Origin: Candidatus Versatilivorator sp.
GTDB lineage: Bacteria; Acidobacteriota; Terriglobia; Versatilivoradales; Versatilivoraceae
DNA: 64,000 bases
Direction of reading: 5' to 3'
Assembly: GCA_965207735.1 (NCBI GenBank)
Contig: OZ242296.1
Span: forward strand, 2,464,001 to 2,528,000
Made by a program: the position numbers and the translations under genes. Within the stretch, counting starts at the first letter, position 1; each line of letters starts with the position of its first letter. Positions 18,750-29,046 of the stretch are shown here, in pieces. Under the pieces are notes generated by a model. It was not told the origin of the DNA and ran no database searches. It saw nothing but the letters and a program-made list of their open reading frames with translations.

Positions 18750-19412
18750 ATGCTCACCCCGGAACTGCGCCAGCGCCTGGCAAACCTGTCCCCGGCCCTT
18801 CTGGCCGACGCCCGCGTCCGGCTGAAGCTTCCCGAAAGCCACCTCGACCCCGGCATCCGGCCGGTGGTCCCCTTCACCACCATGACGGGGACGGCCGTCA
18901 CCGTGGAGCTGGAAGCGGTGGAAGACGAGGCCTCGGCCGACCTGACCCCGCTGCTGGATGCCTATCAGGCCCAGACCCGGCCCGGCTCCATCATGGTCAT
19001 CCAGATCCCCCGCTCCCTTCATGGCCACGGCATCTTTGGAGAGGGGGCCGCTTCCCTGGCGAGAAGACACGGCTTTGCAGGAGCCTTGATCGAGGGAGCG
19101 GTTCGTGACACGCCCGACCTGGCCAGGATGGAGTTTCCGGCCTGGTCGCGGACGGTGGCGCCCGGTTATATCGTGGGCAAGTCCAGGGTGGCCTCGGCCG
19201 GCCAGGCCGTGCGAATCGGCGGACGCACCATTCACCCGGGAGATGCCGTCGCGGCCGACAACGACGGCGTAATCGTCGTCCGGCCCGATGAGCTGGAAGC
19301 GGTGATCGCCCGGGCCGAAGCCATCAAGGAGTGGGAGCAGCGGGTCCACCAGGCAATGAGCGACGGGGCCGACTACCAGGAGATCCTGCGCCGTGCCGGC
19401 CCGATGCCCTGA
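18750..19412 (+). CDS. RraA/HMG aldolase family protein
   Basis: G.AVTV, FGEG, GAVRD and IHPGDAVAADNDGVIVV motifs. Confidence 0.85.
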   Translation: MLTPELRQRLANLSPALLADARVRLKLPESHLDPGIRPVVPFTTMTGTAVTVELEAVEDEASADLTPLLDAYQAQTRPGSIMVIQIPRSLHGHGIFGEGAASLARRHGFAGALIEGAVRDTPDLARMEFPAWSRTVAPGYIVGKSRVASAGQAVRIGGRTIHPGDAVAADNDGVIVVRPDELEAVIARAEAIKEWEQRVHQAMSDGADYQEILRRAGPMP

Positions 19413-19486
19413 CGGGTGCTGAAGTCGGGCACTTTCCGGGGTCACCCCAGCTTTCCGAAACTTTCAGCTACCAGGAGAAAGAGTCG

Positions 19487-20914
19487 ATGTCCGACAGAGA
19501 GATCTGTTTCCTGACCGCCACCGAGCTGAGCCGGCTCATACGGTCCCGGGAGCTTTCCGCCGGCGAGGTGCTGGAAGCCCACCTGGCTCAGATCGATCGT
19601 CTCAACCCCAAGGTCAACGCCATCGTGACCCTGGTGGCGGACCAAGCCAGGCAACAGGCCCGCGCCGCCGACCAGGCTCTGGCGGCCGGAAATGAAGTCG
19701 GTCCCCTCCACGGCCTTCCCGTGGCCCATAAGGACCTGGTGTGGACCCGGGGGATCCGCACCACCTTCGGCACCCTGGCTTGCAAGGATTTCGTGCCCGC
19801 CCGGGATGCGCTCATCGTGGAACGCCTCAAGCGGGCCGGGGCCGTCACCATCGGCAAGACCAACACCCCCGAATTCGGCGCCGGGTCCCAGACCTTCAAC
19901 CCGGTCTTTGGAGAGACCCTCAACCCCTACGACACTTCCAGGACCTGCGGCGGCAGCAGCGGCGGCGCCGCGGTAGCCCTGGCCTGCGGCATGCAACCCC
20001 TGGCCGACGGGAGCGACACCGGCGGGTCGCTCCGCAACCCGGCCAACTTCTGCAACGTGGTGGGACTGCGCCCCTCCCCGGGACGGGTTCCCATCTGGCC
20101 CAGCCAGGCGGGTTGGTACACCATCGGCGTTCAAGGCCCCATGGCCCGAACCGTCCGGGACGCCGCCCTGATGCTCAGCGCCATCGCGGGCCCCGACCGG
20201 CGCTCGCCCATCTCCATCGCCGAATCGGGAAGCCGATTCGGCGCACCCCTCGAGCGCGACTTCCGGGAGTGCCGCATTGCCTGGAGCCCCACCCTGGGCG
20301 GGTTGCCAGTCGATCCCCGAGTCACCCGGGTCCTCGAAGGCCAGCGGCAGGTCTTTGAGTCCCTGGGATGCCGGGTGGAGGAAGCCACGCCCGATCTCAA
20401 GGACGCCGAGGCGGTGTTCCGGGCCTGGCGGGCCTGGCGCTTCGAGCTCACGCTTTCGGCTTTGAATCCCACACAGCAGTCCCAACTCAAGGACACGCTG
20501 AAGCAGGAAATCGAAGGCGCCAGGAAGCTGAGCGGAGTCGATCTCTCCAGGGCCGAGCTCCAAAGAACCCAGCTCTACCATCGGGTCCGGGAATTCATGG
20601 AGACCTACGAGTTCCTGGTCTGTCCCGTCAACCAGGTCCCCCCTTTCGACGTCAAGAAACCCTACGTGGAGGAGATCAACGGCGTCAGGATGAACACCTA
20701 TATCGACTGGATGCAGTCCTGCTGGACCATTTCGGTGCTGGGCCTGCCGGCCATCTCGGTGCCGGCCGGCTTCACCCCGGAGGGGCTCCCGGTAGGCATC
20801 CAGATCGTGGGCCGCCACCAGGACGATTGGGGAGTGCTGCAACTGGCCCACGCCTACGAGCAGGCCACCGGACTCTGGAAGCGAAGACCGCCCCTGTGCT
20901 CGGACGGAAACTAG
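19487..20914 (+). CDS. Amidase (amidase-signature family)
   Basis: GPLHGLPVAHKD, GKTNTPEF, GGSSGG and GSDTGGSLRNPA. Confidence 0.95.
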   Translation: MSDREICFLTATELSRLIRSRELSAGEVLEAHLAQIDRLNPKVNAIVTLVADQARQQARAADQALAAGNEVGPLHGLPVAHKDLVWTRGIRTTFGTLACKDFVPARDALIVERLKRAGAVTIGKTNTPEFGAGSQTFNPVFGETLNPYDTSRTCGGSSGGAAVALACGMQPLADGSDTGGSLRNPANFCNVVGLRPSPGRVPIWPSQAGWYTIGVQGPMARTVRDAALMLSAIAGPDRRSPISIAESGSRFGAPLERDFRECRIAWSPTLGGLPVDPRVTRVLEGQRQVFESLGCRVEEATPDLKDAEAVFRAWRAWRFELTLSALNPTQQSQLKDTLKQEIEGARKLSGVDLSRAELQRTQLYHRVREFMETYEFLVCPVNQVPPFDVKKPYVEEINGVRMNTYIDWMQSCWTISVLGLPAISVPAGFTPEGLPVGIQIVGRHQDDWGVLQLAHAYEQATGLWKRRPPLCSDGN

Positions 20915-21813
20915 TCCCTCCGCCTCCATTCGAAGAAGCCGATCTTCTCCAGGCTCAGTTTTAGCTGGCGGGCGTCGTCGGAGGCGAGGGGAGGGTTGGG
21001 AGGGCGGGGGTCTCCCGAATCCATATCCAGCCACTTGAGAATCTGCTTGAGGGCGCCCAGGACGTTGAATCCGGCCAGCACCCGGACCGTGCGGTTGATG
21101 CCACGCTGCAGTTCCAGGCCCCGCTCCCAGTCGCGGTCCAGGAAGGCGCGGTAGAGGTTCACGAACACCTTCAGCATCACCGGATAGGTGGAACCGATCC
21201 CGCCCACGCAGCCGGCCATCAAGCCGTACCAGAGCACCTGGTCCTCGCCGTTGAACACGATGATCCTGCCATCGTCGATGGCGGCGGTCAGGGTAATCTG
21301 GGACAGATTGCCGCTGGAATCCTTGAGGCCGACCACTCCCGGTATGCGGATGAGCCGCTCGAAGATCCGGGTGTCCAGGTTGAGGGGAATGCGGCCGGGA
21401 ATGTTGTAGGTCAGCACCGGCCGCTCGGCCGCCTCGGCCACCTGCCGGTAGAACTGGACCAGGCCGTCCAGGTCGGGCTGATAGAAATAGGCCGGGGGCA
21501 TGCTGGCCACGGCGTCGGCTCCCGCCCGGCCGGCGTGACGGGCCAGGCTCACCGCGTCGGGAATCTGAAAGGCCCCCACGTGGGCAATGACCGGGACCTT
21601 CCCCTTGACGGCATCCAGGACGATTTCGAGCACCTGCTGCCGCTCGGGCACCGTCAGCAGCAGACCTTCGCCTCCTCCCCCGCAAACGTAAAAGCCGTTC
21701 ACGCCAACGTCCAGGGCGTGCCGAACCAGTTTGCGCAGCCCGGACTCGCTGACGCCGCCCTGGGCGTCAAACGGGGTCATGATGGCCGGATAGATTCCCT
21801 TGAGCTCCTTCAT
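20911..21813 (-). CDS. DHDPS/N-acetylneuraminate lyase family aldolase
   Basis: GIYPAIMTPF, GGGGE, YNIP and GLKDS. Confidence 0.85.
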   Translation of the reverse strand: MKELKGIYPAIMTPFDAQGGVSESGLRKLVRHALDVGVNGFYVCGGGGEGLLLTVPERQQVLEIVLDAVKGKVPVIAHVGAFQIPDAVSLARHAGRAGADAVASMPPAYFYQPDLDGLVQFYRQVAEAAERPVLTYNIPGRIPLNLDTRIFERLIRIPGVVGLKDSSGNLSQITLTAAIDDGRIIVFNGEDQVLWYGLMAGCVGGIGSTYPVMLKVFVNLYRAFLDRDWERGLELQRGINRTVRVLAGFNVLGALKQILKWLDMDSGDPRPPNPPLASDDARQLKLSLEKIGFFEWRRRD

Positions 21814-21850
21814 GGGTGAGTTACCTCCTTGTCCGCTGCTCCTCGGAGGA

Positions 21851-24703
21851 TCAGCGGTAGTCGACGGACACGGAACGCAGCACCGGGGCGCCGGTGCCGT
21901 TGGGGCCGACCAGCGTTGCCTTGAACTGCAGGAAGCGGGTCGGGGTACCCATTTCTTTCAGCGAAACTCGGCGGCCGGCGTAGAGACTGCCTTCGCCGTC
22001 CGGCCCCCTCCAACCGGCTTGGTGTAGGGCTTCGATGCTGTCGGCCCCTCTCACCTGGAACTCGATGGCCGAGGCAAAGGGCGTTTCCCCTTCCCAACCG
22101 AGGGTCTCGAAGCGCACCGGCGTGCCGGCGTCGAAGACTTCTGAAATGTAGTCGTAGCGGTCCCCTCGATCGGCGACGTGCCCCACGTCCACCCCGGCCA
22201 GGAAATGGGGCCCGAGTCCCGGCAAAAGCTGGCGCCGCTCGGTCGAGAAGCCCTGGGGACTCCCCTCGTAGAGAAAGGACTCGTTGCGGTGGGCGCTCTT
22301 CACCTTGTGGCAGGCGAACAGCAGATCGGTGAGGCCGTCGTTGTTGAAATCGGCGGCCATCACACCCGAACCGGACTGGGTGGGGATGTGGGTGACGCGG
22401 GACCCGTCGAACTCGCCGTCGGCGTTCCAGTAGATGTAAGAGGGGTGGGAGCGGGTCTCGCCCGCATGATAGCTGGTGGCCACGATATCCAGGAGGCCGT
22501 CCCCGTTGAGGTCGGCCACGGCCACCCCTTCCGGTCCCATGGCGGGCAGCCGCGTCACCCGTTCCGCCTCATATCCGCCGACCGCCCCCCAGTAGACGAG
22601 CACGTCGCTCTCGCGGCCTCCCTCGGCTGACATCAGGTTGGTCGCCAGCACCTCCAGCCAGCCGTCCCCGTTGAGGTCGGCGATCTCGGTGGCCACCGCC
22701 AGGCCGGCGGGCAGGGTCTTCCGGTTGCCGTTATCGAAGCCGTCGGGACCGTTCCAGAAGATCACCAGCTCGCGGTTTACCGTCGGAAACACTACGTCCA
22801 GCCAGCCGTCTCGATTGAGATCTGCAATGCTGTGGCAGCGGACACCATCGATCTGAAAAGTGAAGCGATGGTTGTCGGCAAACCCCATGGGACCGCCCCA
22901 GTAGAGGTCGGTTCCATGGCTGGCGGCATATTCGCTGAGGAGCAGGTCCAGGTAGCCGTCCCGATTGAAGTCGGCCGGCCGGGCCGAAAAGGCCATCTCG
23001 GAGGAGACCACGGTCTTGCGGGCCGAGCTGAAGCCCTGGGGCGAACCCCAGTAGACCGCCGATTCAGGACCTCCCATGTAGATGTCCACCCACCCGTCGT
23101 TGTCCAGATCGGCGGAGGAATACCCCTCCCCCGGAGAGCCGAAGGGGTGGTAGAGATCCAGGCGCTGGTCCACGCTGTATTTCCCCTGCTCGTTGCCCCA
23201 GTAGACGTAGGCCGGCACCGGGTCCCCGGCGGATCCGTCGATGCGATTCACGAAGACCAGGTCCTTCTTGCCGTCCCGATCGAAGTCGGCGCTGCCGGCG
23301 GCGGCGGCCCCCAGGGTGGTCAACTCCAGCCGGCGGGCCGTATCGAACCCCGCCGGGCCGCCCCAGTAGACATAGGAGGGCGCCCGGTGGGAACGGGCAT
23401 TGTGCTCGTTGCTGAAGACCAGGTCGGAATGACCGTCACCGTTCAGATCCTCGATGAGACAGTCGGTGGGATTCAGGGTGGGTAGAACGGTTCGGCGGTG
23501 AGGCTCGAATCCCTCGGGGCTGTTCCAGAAGATGGGGGAGCCGCTCCCCGGACCGGGGGCGGCATGGCCGGACTTCTGGGGGCCGTTGGCAAAGACCAGG
23601 TCCGGCATCCCGTCCTTGTCGAGATCTCCCACCGCCACGCTGCTGGCCGCCACGGTGGGCAGCTCCAGGCGGCGCTCGGCGCTGTAGCCCTGGCTGGATC
23701 CCCAGTAGACGAATGAAGGAATGGATTCGCTGTCGACATCGGTATCCCACTCGCTGCGGTCGTCGGGCTCACGCATGAGCGGACGGTAGCGGTTGGCCAG
23801 AACGATCTCGGGGACCTGGTCGCCGTTGAGGTCGGCCAGGGCCACGGCCGAGCTGCGCTGCCCGGGCAGCAGAGTACGCCGGTCTGCAGAATAATTTCCG
23901 CCGGCGCCGCCCCAATAGATCATGGCGCCGCCGAGCTGTGCGCCCTTCCCCTCGTTGGAAAAGACGATCTCGGGAGTTCCGTCCCGGTCGAGGTCGGCGA
24001 CGGCCACACCTGTGGCCGCGGCGGTGGGCAGGGACTGCCGCCGTTCGATGGAAAACCCCTCCTTGGAACCCCAATAGAGAAAGGAGGCGTTCTCGGGTCC
24101 GGATGGCCGTCCGCCGGCCCAGGCGCTGTTGGCGAAGACGATCTCCGGGTAGCCGTCTCCATTGAGGTCGGCGATGGCAGCCGCCATGCCTCCCAGAGTG
24201 GGCAGCTCGGTTCTTCGCCCGGTGTCAAAGCCCTGGGCTCCGCCCCAGTAGATGAAGCTGTCCAGGTTGCTCTTGATCCCGTTGCGTCCATTGACCACCA
24301 CCAGGTCGATGAAGCCGTCCCGGTTGAGGTCGCCCAGGGCCTGGCCGGTTCCGCCGCCGCTGGGAAGACGGGTGCGGCGCCCGACGTGGTTCTCATCCAC
24401 GCCCCAGTAGATGAAGAGATCGATCTGCTCGTTGTTGTCGTGGGTGTTGGGGAGGACGATGTCGATGAAACCGTCGCGGTTGAGGTCCCAGAGGTTGATG
24501 AGCTTCACCTCGCCGGCCGCGGTGACGTAAGTGTTGGCGCCGGCGTCGCCCAGGCTTCCCCGGCTGAAGTCCAGGAAACTGGAGACGGTCCAGCGCTTGG
24601 CGGCGGTTGTGTCTTGGGACCGGTGTCGAGACCCGCCCCACACCAACAGGGCACAGAAAACCACAAGACCCGAAAACATCATTCTCTTAGATGTTGCAGA
24701 CAT
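21851..24703 (-). CDS. Secreted FG-GAP/VCBS repeat protein
   Basis: More than ten D-L-N/D-x-D-G repeats each followed by YWG; N-terminal hydrophobic segment. Confidence 0.9.
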   Translation of the reverse strand: MSATSKRMMFSGLVVFCALLVWGGSRHRSQDTTAAKRWTVSSFLDFSRGSLGDAGANTYVTAAGEVKLINLWDLNRDGFIDIVLPNTHDNNEQIDLFIYWGVDENHVGRRTRLPSGGGTGQALGDLNRDGFIDLVVVNGRNGIKSNLDSFIYWGGAQGFDTGRRTELPTLGGMAAAIADLNGDGYPEIVFANSAWAGGRPSGPENASFLYWGSKEGFSIERRQSLPTAAATGVAVADLDRDGTPEIVFSNEGKGAQLGGAMIYWGGAGGNYSADRRTLLPGQRSSAVALADLNGDQVPEIVLANRYRPLMREPDDRSEWDTDVDSESIPSFVYWGSSQGYSAERRLELPTVAASSVAVGDLDKDGMPDLVFANGPQKSGHAAPGPGSGSPIFWNSPEGFEPHRRTVLPTLNPTDCLIEDLNGDGHSDLVFSNEHNARSHRAPSYVYWGGPAGFDTARRLELTTLGAAAAGSADFDRDGKKDLVFVNRIDGSAGDPVPAYVYWGNEQGKYSVDQRLDLYHPFGSPGEGYSSADLDNDGWVDIYMGGPESAVYWGSPQGFSSARKTVVSSEMAFSARPADFNRDGYLDLLLSEYAASHGTDLYWGGPMGFADNHRFTFQIDGVRCHSIADLNRDGWLDVVFPTVNRELVIFWNGPDGFDNGNRKTLPAGLAVATEIADLNGDGWLEVLATNLMSAEGGRESDVLVYWGAVGGYEAERVTRLPAMGPEGVAVADLNGDGLLDIVATSYHAGETRSHPSYIYWNADGEFDGSRVTHIPTQSGSGVMAADFNNDGLTDLLFACHKVKSAHRNESFLYEGSPQGFSTERRQLLPGLGPHFLAGVDVGHVADRGDRYDYISEVFDAGTPVRFETLGWEGETPFASAIEFQVRGADSIEALHQAGWRGPDGEGSLYAGRRVSLKEMGTPTRFLQFKATLVGPNGTGAPVLRSVSVDYR

Positions 24704-24888
24704 GGGCTTACTCCTTGCCGGAAACAGACCAGACCTTGTCAGCCGTCAACTGGGTAGAATCCTCGAATGATCGGGCTCCGTCATTCAGTAGCAAGCCTTC
24801 CCGTTTGTCAATAGAATTTCTCAAGTGCCGCCCCTATAATCGGACAAGGAATTCGCTCCTCAGTGGTGCATTTGATCCCAAGCGATCT

Positions 24889-24963
24889 ATGGATCGTGAC
24901 GCCCCACATATCGTGGACATCCTTGGGTCCGCGCGGCTGGTGTAGAGCTACCTCGAAGGGTAA
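24889..24963 (+). pseudogene. Possible N-terminal remnant of a DUF86/HepT-like toxin
   Basis: MDRDAPHIVDILGSARLV*SYLEG* resembles DUF86 N-termini; in-frame stop. Confidence 0.4.
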
Positions 24964-25019
24964 AATAATTCCCAACACCACCGTCAACCACTTCACGGTC
25001 AACTATCAGGAGTCTTCCC

Positions 25020-26198
25020 ATGGAAGAAGCCCGCCCCGTCCGGCCGGAGGAACTTGACCAGGCTCTGACCCTGGTGAACAAGGTCTTCAGGACCGGTGTC
25101 GATCAGGACATGTCCACCGACTACCCCCTGGTTTTTGCGCCGGGGAACCTCGACAACCTTCGGGTGGTGTCGGAGGGCGGCCGCATCTTCAGCCATGCGG
25201 CCATGGCGCACCGGGAACTGCGTGAGCACGGCTGCGCGCTTCCCATCAGCATGATTTGCGCCGTGGCCACCGATCCGGAACGCCGGCGGCGCGGTGCCGC
25301 CAGCAGAATCATGGAGGACGCCACCCAGGCCATGGCCGCTCGGGGCGACGCCTTCGGGCTGCTGTGGACCGGACCTGCCAGGGACTTCTACCGTCGCCTG
25401 GGCTGGGAGGTGGTGGGGTCCAACGGCTGGGCCTACCAGGTGGAACCCCGACTGGCCGGCCGGTTCGAGCAGGCTCTGACCGTCCGAGCATTTCAAGCCG
25501 AGACAGACCTGGAACGGATCATCGAGATTCACGAGGCCCAACCCCGCCGGTTGACCCGACCGCAGGCGGAATACCGGACGCTGCTGGGCCTTCCCAATTC
25601 GGAAGTTTGGGTGGCGGTAGAGAAAGGGCAGCCGGAGGGTTATCTGGTAGTTGCCCGGGCTCACAACAAGTCGGGCGTGGTGGAGTGGGGCGGGACCTCA
25701 CGGGCCCTGTCCTCGCTGCTGGCCCGGGTGCTTCCCGAGCCCGCGGGCGAACGGATGCAGGTGTTCGTGCCCCTGCCCGACAATCCCATGACGGAGCTGT
25801 TGACCGGCCGAGGGTGCCACACACGCATCCCCATGGAGGTAGCCGACGGCTGCGGTCTCAAGATGGTGAGAATTCTTTCCCTGGCAAACCTGATGCGGCA
25901 GCTCTCTCCCCATCTGGAGAAGCGCCTGACCGGATGCTCCGGCCAGGTGAGCCTGCGGGTCCGTGAAACGGGCGAGCGCGTGGACTTGAAGTGGGATGGG
26001 GACAACCTGGAGGTTGGTGGCGGCCGGTCTCGCGACCCTCGGAACGGCGCGCAGGAGCTTTCTCTTCGCCAGGCGGCGCGCCTGGTCTTCGGACCCGAAA
26101 AGCCGTCGCAGGTACTCGACCTTTCCAACGAAGCCGGCCAGGGCCTGGACCGGGCCTTCCCCTTCGGTTTCCACATCTGGATGCTGGACTACGTGTGA
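25020..26198 (+). CDS. Eis-like GNAT acetyltransferase
   Basis: VATDPERRRRGAAS and FYRRLGWE; ~390-aa three-domain layout. Confidence 0.8.
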   Translation: MEEARPVRPEELDQALTLVNKVFRTGVDQDMSTDYPLVFAPGNLDNLRVVSEGGRIFSHAAMAHRELREHGCALPISMICAVATDPERRRRGAASRIMEDATQAMAARGDAFGLLWTGPARDFYRRLGWEVVGSNGWAYQVEPRLAGRFEQALTVRAFQAETDLERIIEIHEAQPRRLTRPQAEYRTLLGLPNSEVWVAVEKGQPEGYLVVARAHNKSGVVEWGGTSRALSSLLARVLPEPAGERMQVFVPLPDNPMTELLTGRGCHTRIPMEVADGCGLKMVRILSLANLMRQLSPHLEKRLTGCSGQVSLRVRETGERVDLKWDGDNLEVGGGRSRDPRNGAQELSLRQAARLVFGPEKPSQVLDLSNEAGQGLDRAFPFGFHIWMLDYV

Positions 26199-26208
26199 GT
26201 TCCGGAGG

Positions 26209-26964
26209 CTATCCCGGCCTGACCGAGGCGACCCTGTCCAGGTAGGCGCGACCGGCCTGCTCAAGCCAGGCGTTGTAGTTGGTCAGAAAGAACCGCACTC
26301 CCAAATCGTAGTAGTGCTGCAGTTTGTCCTCGAAACCCAGCGCGCCCGCCGTCCTTCCCGAAGCCGCGATCTGTCGCATCGCCCCTTCGACCACCGCTTC
26401 CACCTTGGGGTCCCTGTGCCTGCCGGCCATGCCCATGGTCTGGGCCAGATCCCCGGGTGCGACGAAAAAGACATCGATGTGGTCGACCGACAGGATTTCG
26501 TCCAGATTCTCCACCGCCTGCATCTCTTCGATCAGGACGATGACCAGGGTCTCCAGATTGGCCTGCCCAAAATAGTCGGAGCCGCCGTAGGACCTCCTCC
26601 CTGAAAAGATGCCGCGCCGGCCAACCGGCGCAAAATAGGCCGACTCCACCACCTGCTCCGCCTCGGCCCGGGTGCTGACGTGGGGGACCACGATGCCGTT
26701 GGCGCCCAGGTCCAGGGTGCGCGTGATCACTCCGGGATCGTTCTGGTGCAGGCGGGCCACCGAAGCCATTCCCCACAGGTCACAGGCCCTGGAGAGATCG
26801 CCGATTCCTCCCCAGTTCACCGAACCGTGCTCCCCCTCCAGCCAGATCCCGTCAAAGCCCATAGGACCCAGAAAGTCGATGGTGTCGCTGGTATTGCTGT
26901 GCCCTCCGACGGCAATGGCCACCTCACCCTTGTTGAGCTTCTCCTTGACTCGATTCCCTCGCAT
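26209..26964 (-). CDS. HpcH/HpaI aldolase family protein
   Basis: GFDGIWLEGEHG, LDLGANGIVVPHV, LIEE, ENLDEILSV and APGDL. Confidence 0.9.
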   Translation of the reverse strand: MRGNRVKEKLNKGEVAIAVGGHSNTSDTIDFLGPMGFDGIWLEGEHGSVNWGGIGDLSRACDLWGMASVARLHQNDPGVITRTLDLGANGIVVPHVSTRAEAEQVVESAYFAPVGRRGIFSGRRSYGGSDYFGQANLETLVIVLIEEMQAVENLDEILSVDHIDVFFVAPGDLAQTMGMAGRHRDPKVEAVVEGAMRQIAASGRTAGALGFEDKLQHYYDLGVRFFLTNYNAWLEQAGRAYLDRVASVRPG

Positions 26965-27222
26965 GCTCTTTTCGTCTCCTTGGTTGCTCGGTTGGACCTC
27001 CCCGGATGGATCTCTTCCGCAAGGCGGCCAGCCTATGGCCACGGCCCAGGCTGGTGACGATATCCCAAGACCGCACCAGCGGCAACAGAACGTTTCTTGC
27101 AGAACGTTTTGCGATGGACAATTAACATCGATGAACAGGATATACAGGATTATTGGTCGATGGTCTGGGCTGCAGGTACCGAGACCGCAGAGTGCATCCG
27201 GTGTGTTCGACCATCCCCTTGC

Positions 27223-27500
27223 CTTGTCTGAAACAACCCTGTTTCACCCTCGGATGATCTGCCCCGTCGTGGGGGGCAGGGGCGCCCCTTGCCTGAAACA
27301 AACGACAAGAGACGAAAGACAAAAGACTTATCCACGAAGGGGCACGAAGAACGACGAAGGGACACTAAGGCGTTGAGGTTAACCGCGACGGGATACCAAG
27401 GTCACAAAGGGATTATCGATTTCTGATTGTTTGACTCTCGAATGATCCGCACGACAGGGCGGGGGCGGGACTTGTCTGAAACAACCGAAAAAAGACAAAA
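27223..27500. mobile_element. Second array of IS110-end cassettes: 23-bp minimal unit (27228-27250), 146-bp unit (27293-27438), and left part of a split unit (27476-27500)
   Basis: Same ends and GC-rich hairpin spacers as at 16084-16452. Confidence 0.75.
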
Positions 27501-27544
27501 GAGCCTTTTGCAAAATTCCGCAGCCAACCGTTTTATGGAGGCTC
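27501..27544. repeat. Mini-unit with the IR of the IS at 35602-37088
   Basis: GAGCCTTTTGCAAAATTC ... GAGGCTC. Confidence 0.55.
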
Positions 27545-27819
27545 GGAACAGGTTTTGATTCACATGGATGCACAGGATGCACAGGATTTGTTCAGGAAAC
27601 GCCCAGTTTCCATTCTTGAGCATCCGCAATCCCGCCTCTCATCATTGCCGGAGCCGGCTTCTCGTGCAGAAACCGCCTTACCAATTCCAGTAACGTTTAC
27701 TCTCGTCCATTGCAGTCCATAAATGTATATAAATTCAGAGTCTTACACGATTCTCGCAACTACTTGGCCGACTCGAAACATCCCTTGCGATCCACTGCCA
27801 TCCCCCATATAATTAGGGG

Positions 27820-29046
27820 ATGATTAATGTAACCAACACCACCCGCCTGCTACGTAAGACGAAACCCAAGGGCCGCCATCCCCAAAAAGCCCTCTCGGCT
27901 GCCTTCATCCGCTCCGCTCCGCCCGGAAGACACGCCGATGGGAACGGATTGTACCTCTTCGTCCAACCCAGCGGAACCCGCAGCTGGATTCAGCGCCTTC
28001 TCGTCCGCGGTCGCCGCCGTGAGCTCGGACTCGGCAGCGTTGCCCTGGTCCCGTTGGCCGAGGCCCGGGAGAAGGCGCTCGCCTACCGCAAGCTCGCCCG
28101 CCAGGGCGGGGACCCGCTCGCCGAGAAGCGACGTAGCCAGGGCATTCCCACCTTCGCCGAAGCCGCCATGCGTGTGCTGGAGCAGAAGCGGGACGGCTGG
28201 CGCAATCCAAAACACTCCCGCGAGTGGCTGTCGAGCCTGAGTCGGTTCGCCTTCCCCCGCATCGGCAAGATGCCGGTCTCCGAGGTCACCAGCGCCGATC
28301 TGCTTGAGATCCTCACGCCCCTCTGGCACCGGAAGGTGGCCACGGCCAAGCGGGTGCGCCAGCGCCTGCGGGCGGTCCTGGAATGGGCGGTGGCCATGGA
28401 GTACCGCCTTGACAACCCCTGTGACCGGATCGGTCCGGTGCTGGGTTCCCAACAGGACGTGACCGAGCACATGCAGGCCGTGCCCCATCGGGAGGCGGGT
28501 GCGGTGATACGTAGGGTGCGGGCATCGGCAGCGCTGCCGGGCGTCAAGTTGGCTCTTGAGTTCCTGGTGCTGACGGCAGCCAGGTGGGGCGAGGTGCGGT
28601 GGGCCGAGTGGAAGGAGATCGATCGGGACGGGAGGGTGTGGACCGTCCCGGCCAGACGGGCAAAGACGAACCGCCGGCACCGGGTGCCTCTGTGTGGCCG
28701 CGCCCTGGAGATTCTCGAAGTGGCCCGAGCACTCGAAGAGGGAGACGGTCCGCTGGTGTTCACCCATGGGGGCGGGAAGCCTCTCCATGACAGCATGCTG
28801 CGGCGCCTGTTGCGCAGACTTGGGATTGCGGCGGTGCCGCACGGGTTCCGCTCGACATTCCGGGACTGGGCGGGGGAGGAAACGGATCATCCCCGGGAGG
28901 TAATCGAGGCGGCCTTGGCGCATGTGGTCCGGAACCGGGTGGAGGCGGCCTATGCCCGCTCGGACCTGTTTGAGCGCCGGCGCATCCTGATGGACGACTG
29001 GGCGCGGTACTTGGCCCAAGGGACGGCTACGGACTCGGAGGCCTGA
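27820..29046 (+). CDS. P4-type tyrosine integrase (Arm-DNA-binding domain)
   Basis: GRHADGNGLYL, LAEAREKA; catalytic R (TAARWGE), K, HGFR, LAH and AAY. Confidence 0.95.
   Translation: MINVTNTTRLLRKTKPKGRHPQKALSAAFIRSAPPGRHADGNGLYLFVQPSGTRSWIQRLLVRGRRRELGLGSVALVPLAEAREKALAYRKLARQGGDPLAEKRRSQGIPTFAEAAMRVLEQKRDGWRNPKHSREWLSSLSRFAFPRIGKMPVSEVTSADLLEILTPLWHRKVATAKRVRQRLRAVLEWAVAMEYRLDNPCDRIGPVLGSQQDVTEHMQAVPHREAGAVIRRVRASAALPGVKLALEFLVLTAARWGEVRWAEWKEIDRDGRVWTVPARRAKTNRRHRVPLCGRALEILEVARALEEGDGPLVFTHGGGKPLHDSMLRRLLRRLGIAAVPHGFRSTFRDWAGEETDHPREVIEAALAHVVRNRVEAAYARSDLFERRRILMDDWARYLAQGTATDSEA

Noticed and set aside
19442-21685. Long antisense and alternate-frame ORFs (also 27850-29535, 43497-45338, 45076-46884, 14405-15955, 55689-57065)
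   Set aside because: High-GC shadow ORFs overlapping genes that have clear family motifs.
27640-27820. tRNA at the integrase attachment site
   Set aside because: No cloverleaf, GTTCRA T-loop or CCA end recognisable at either end of either element.
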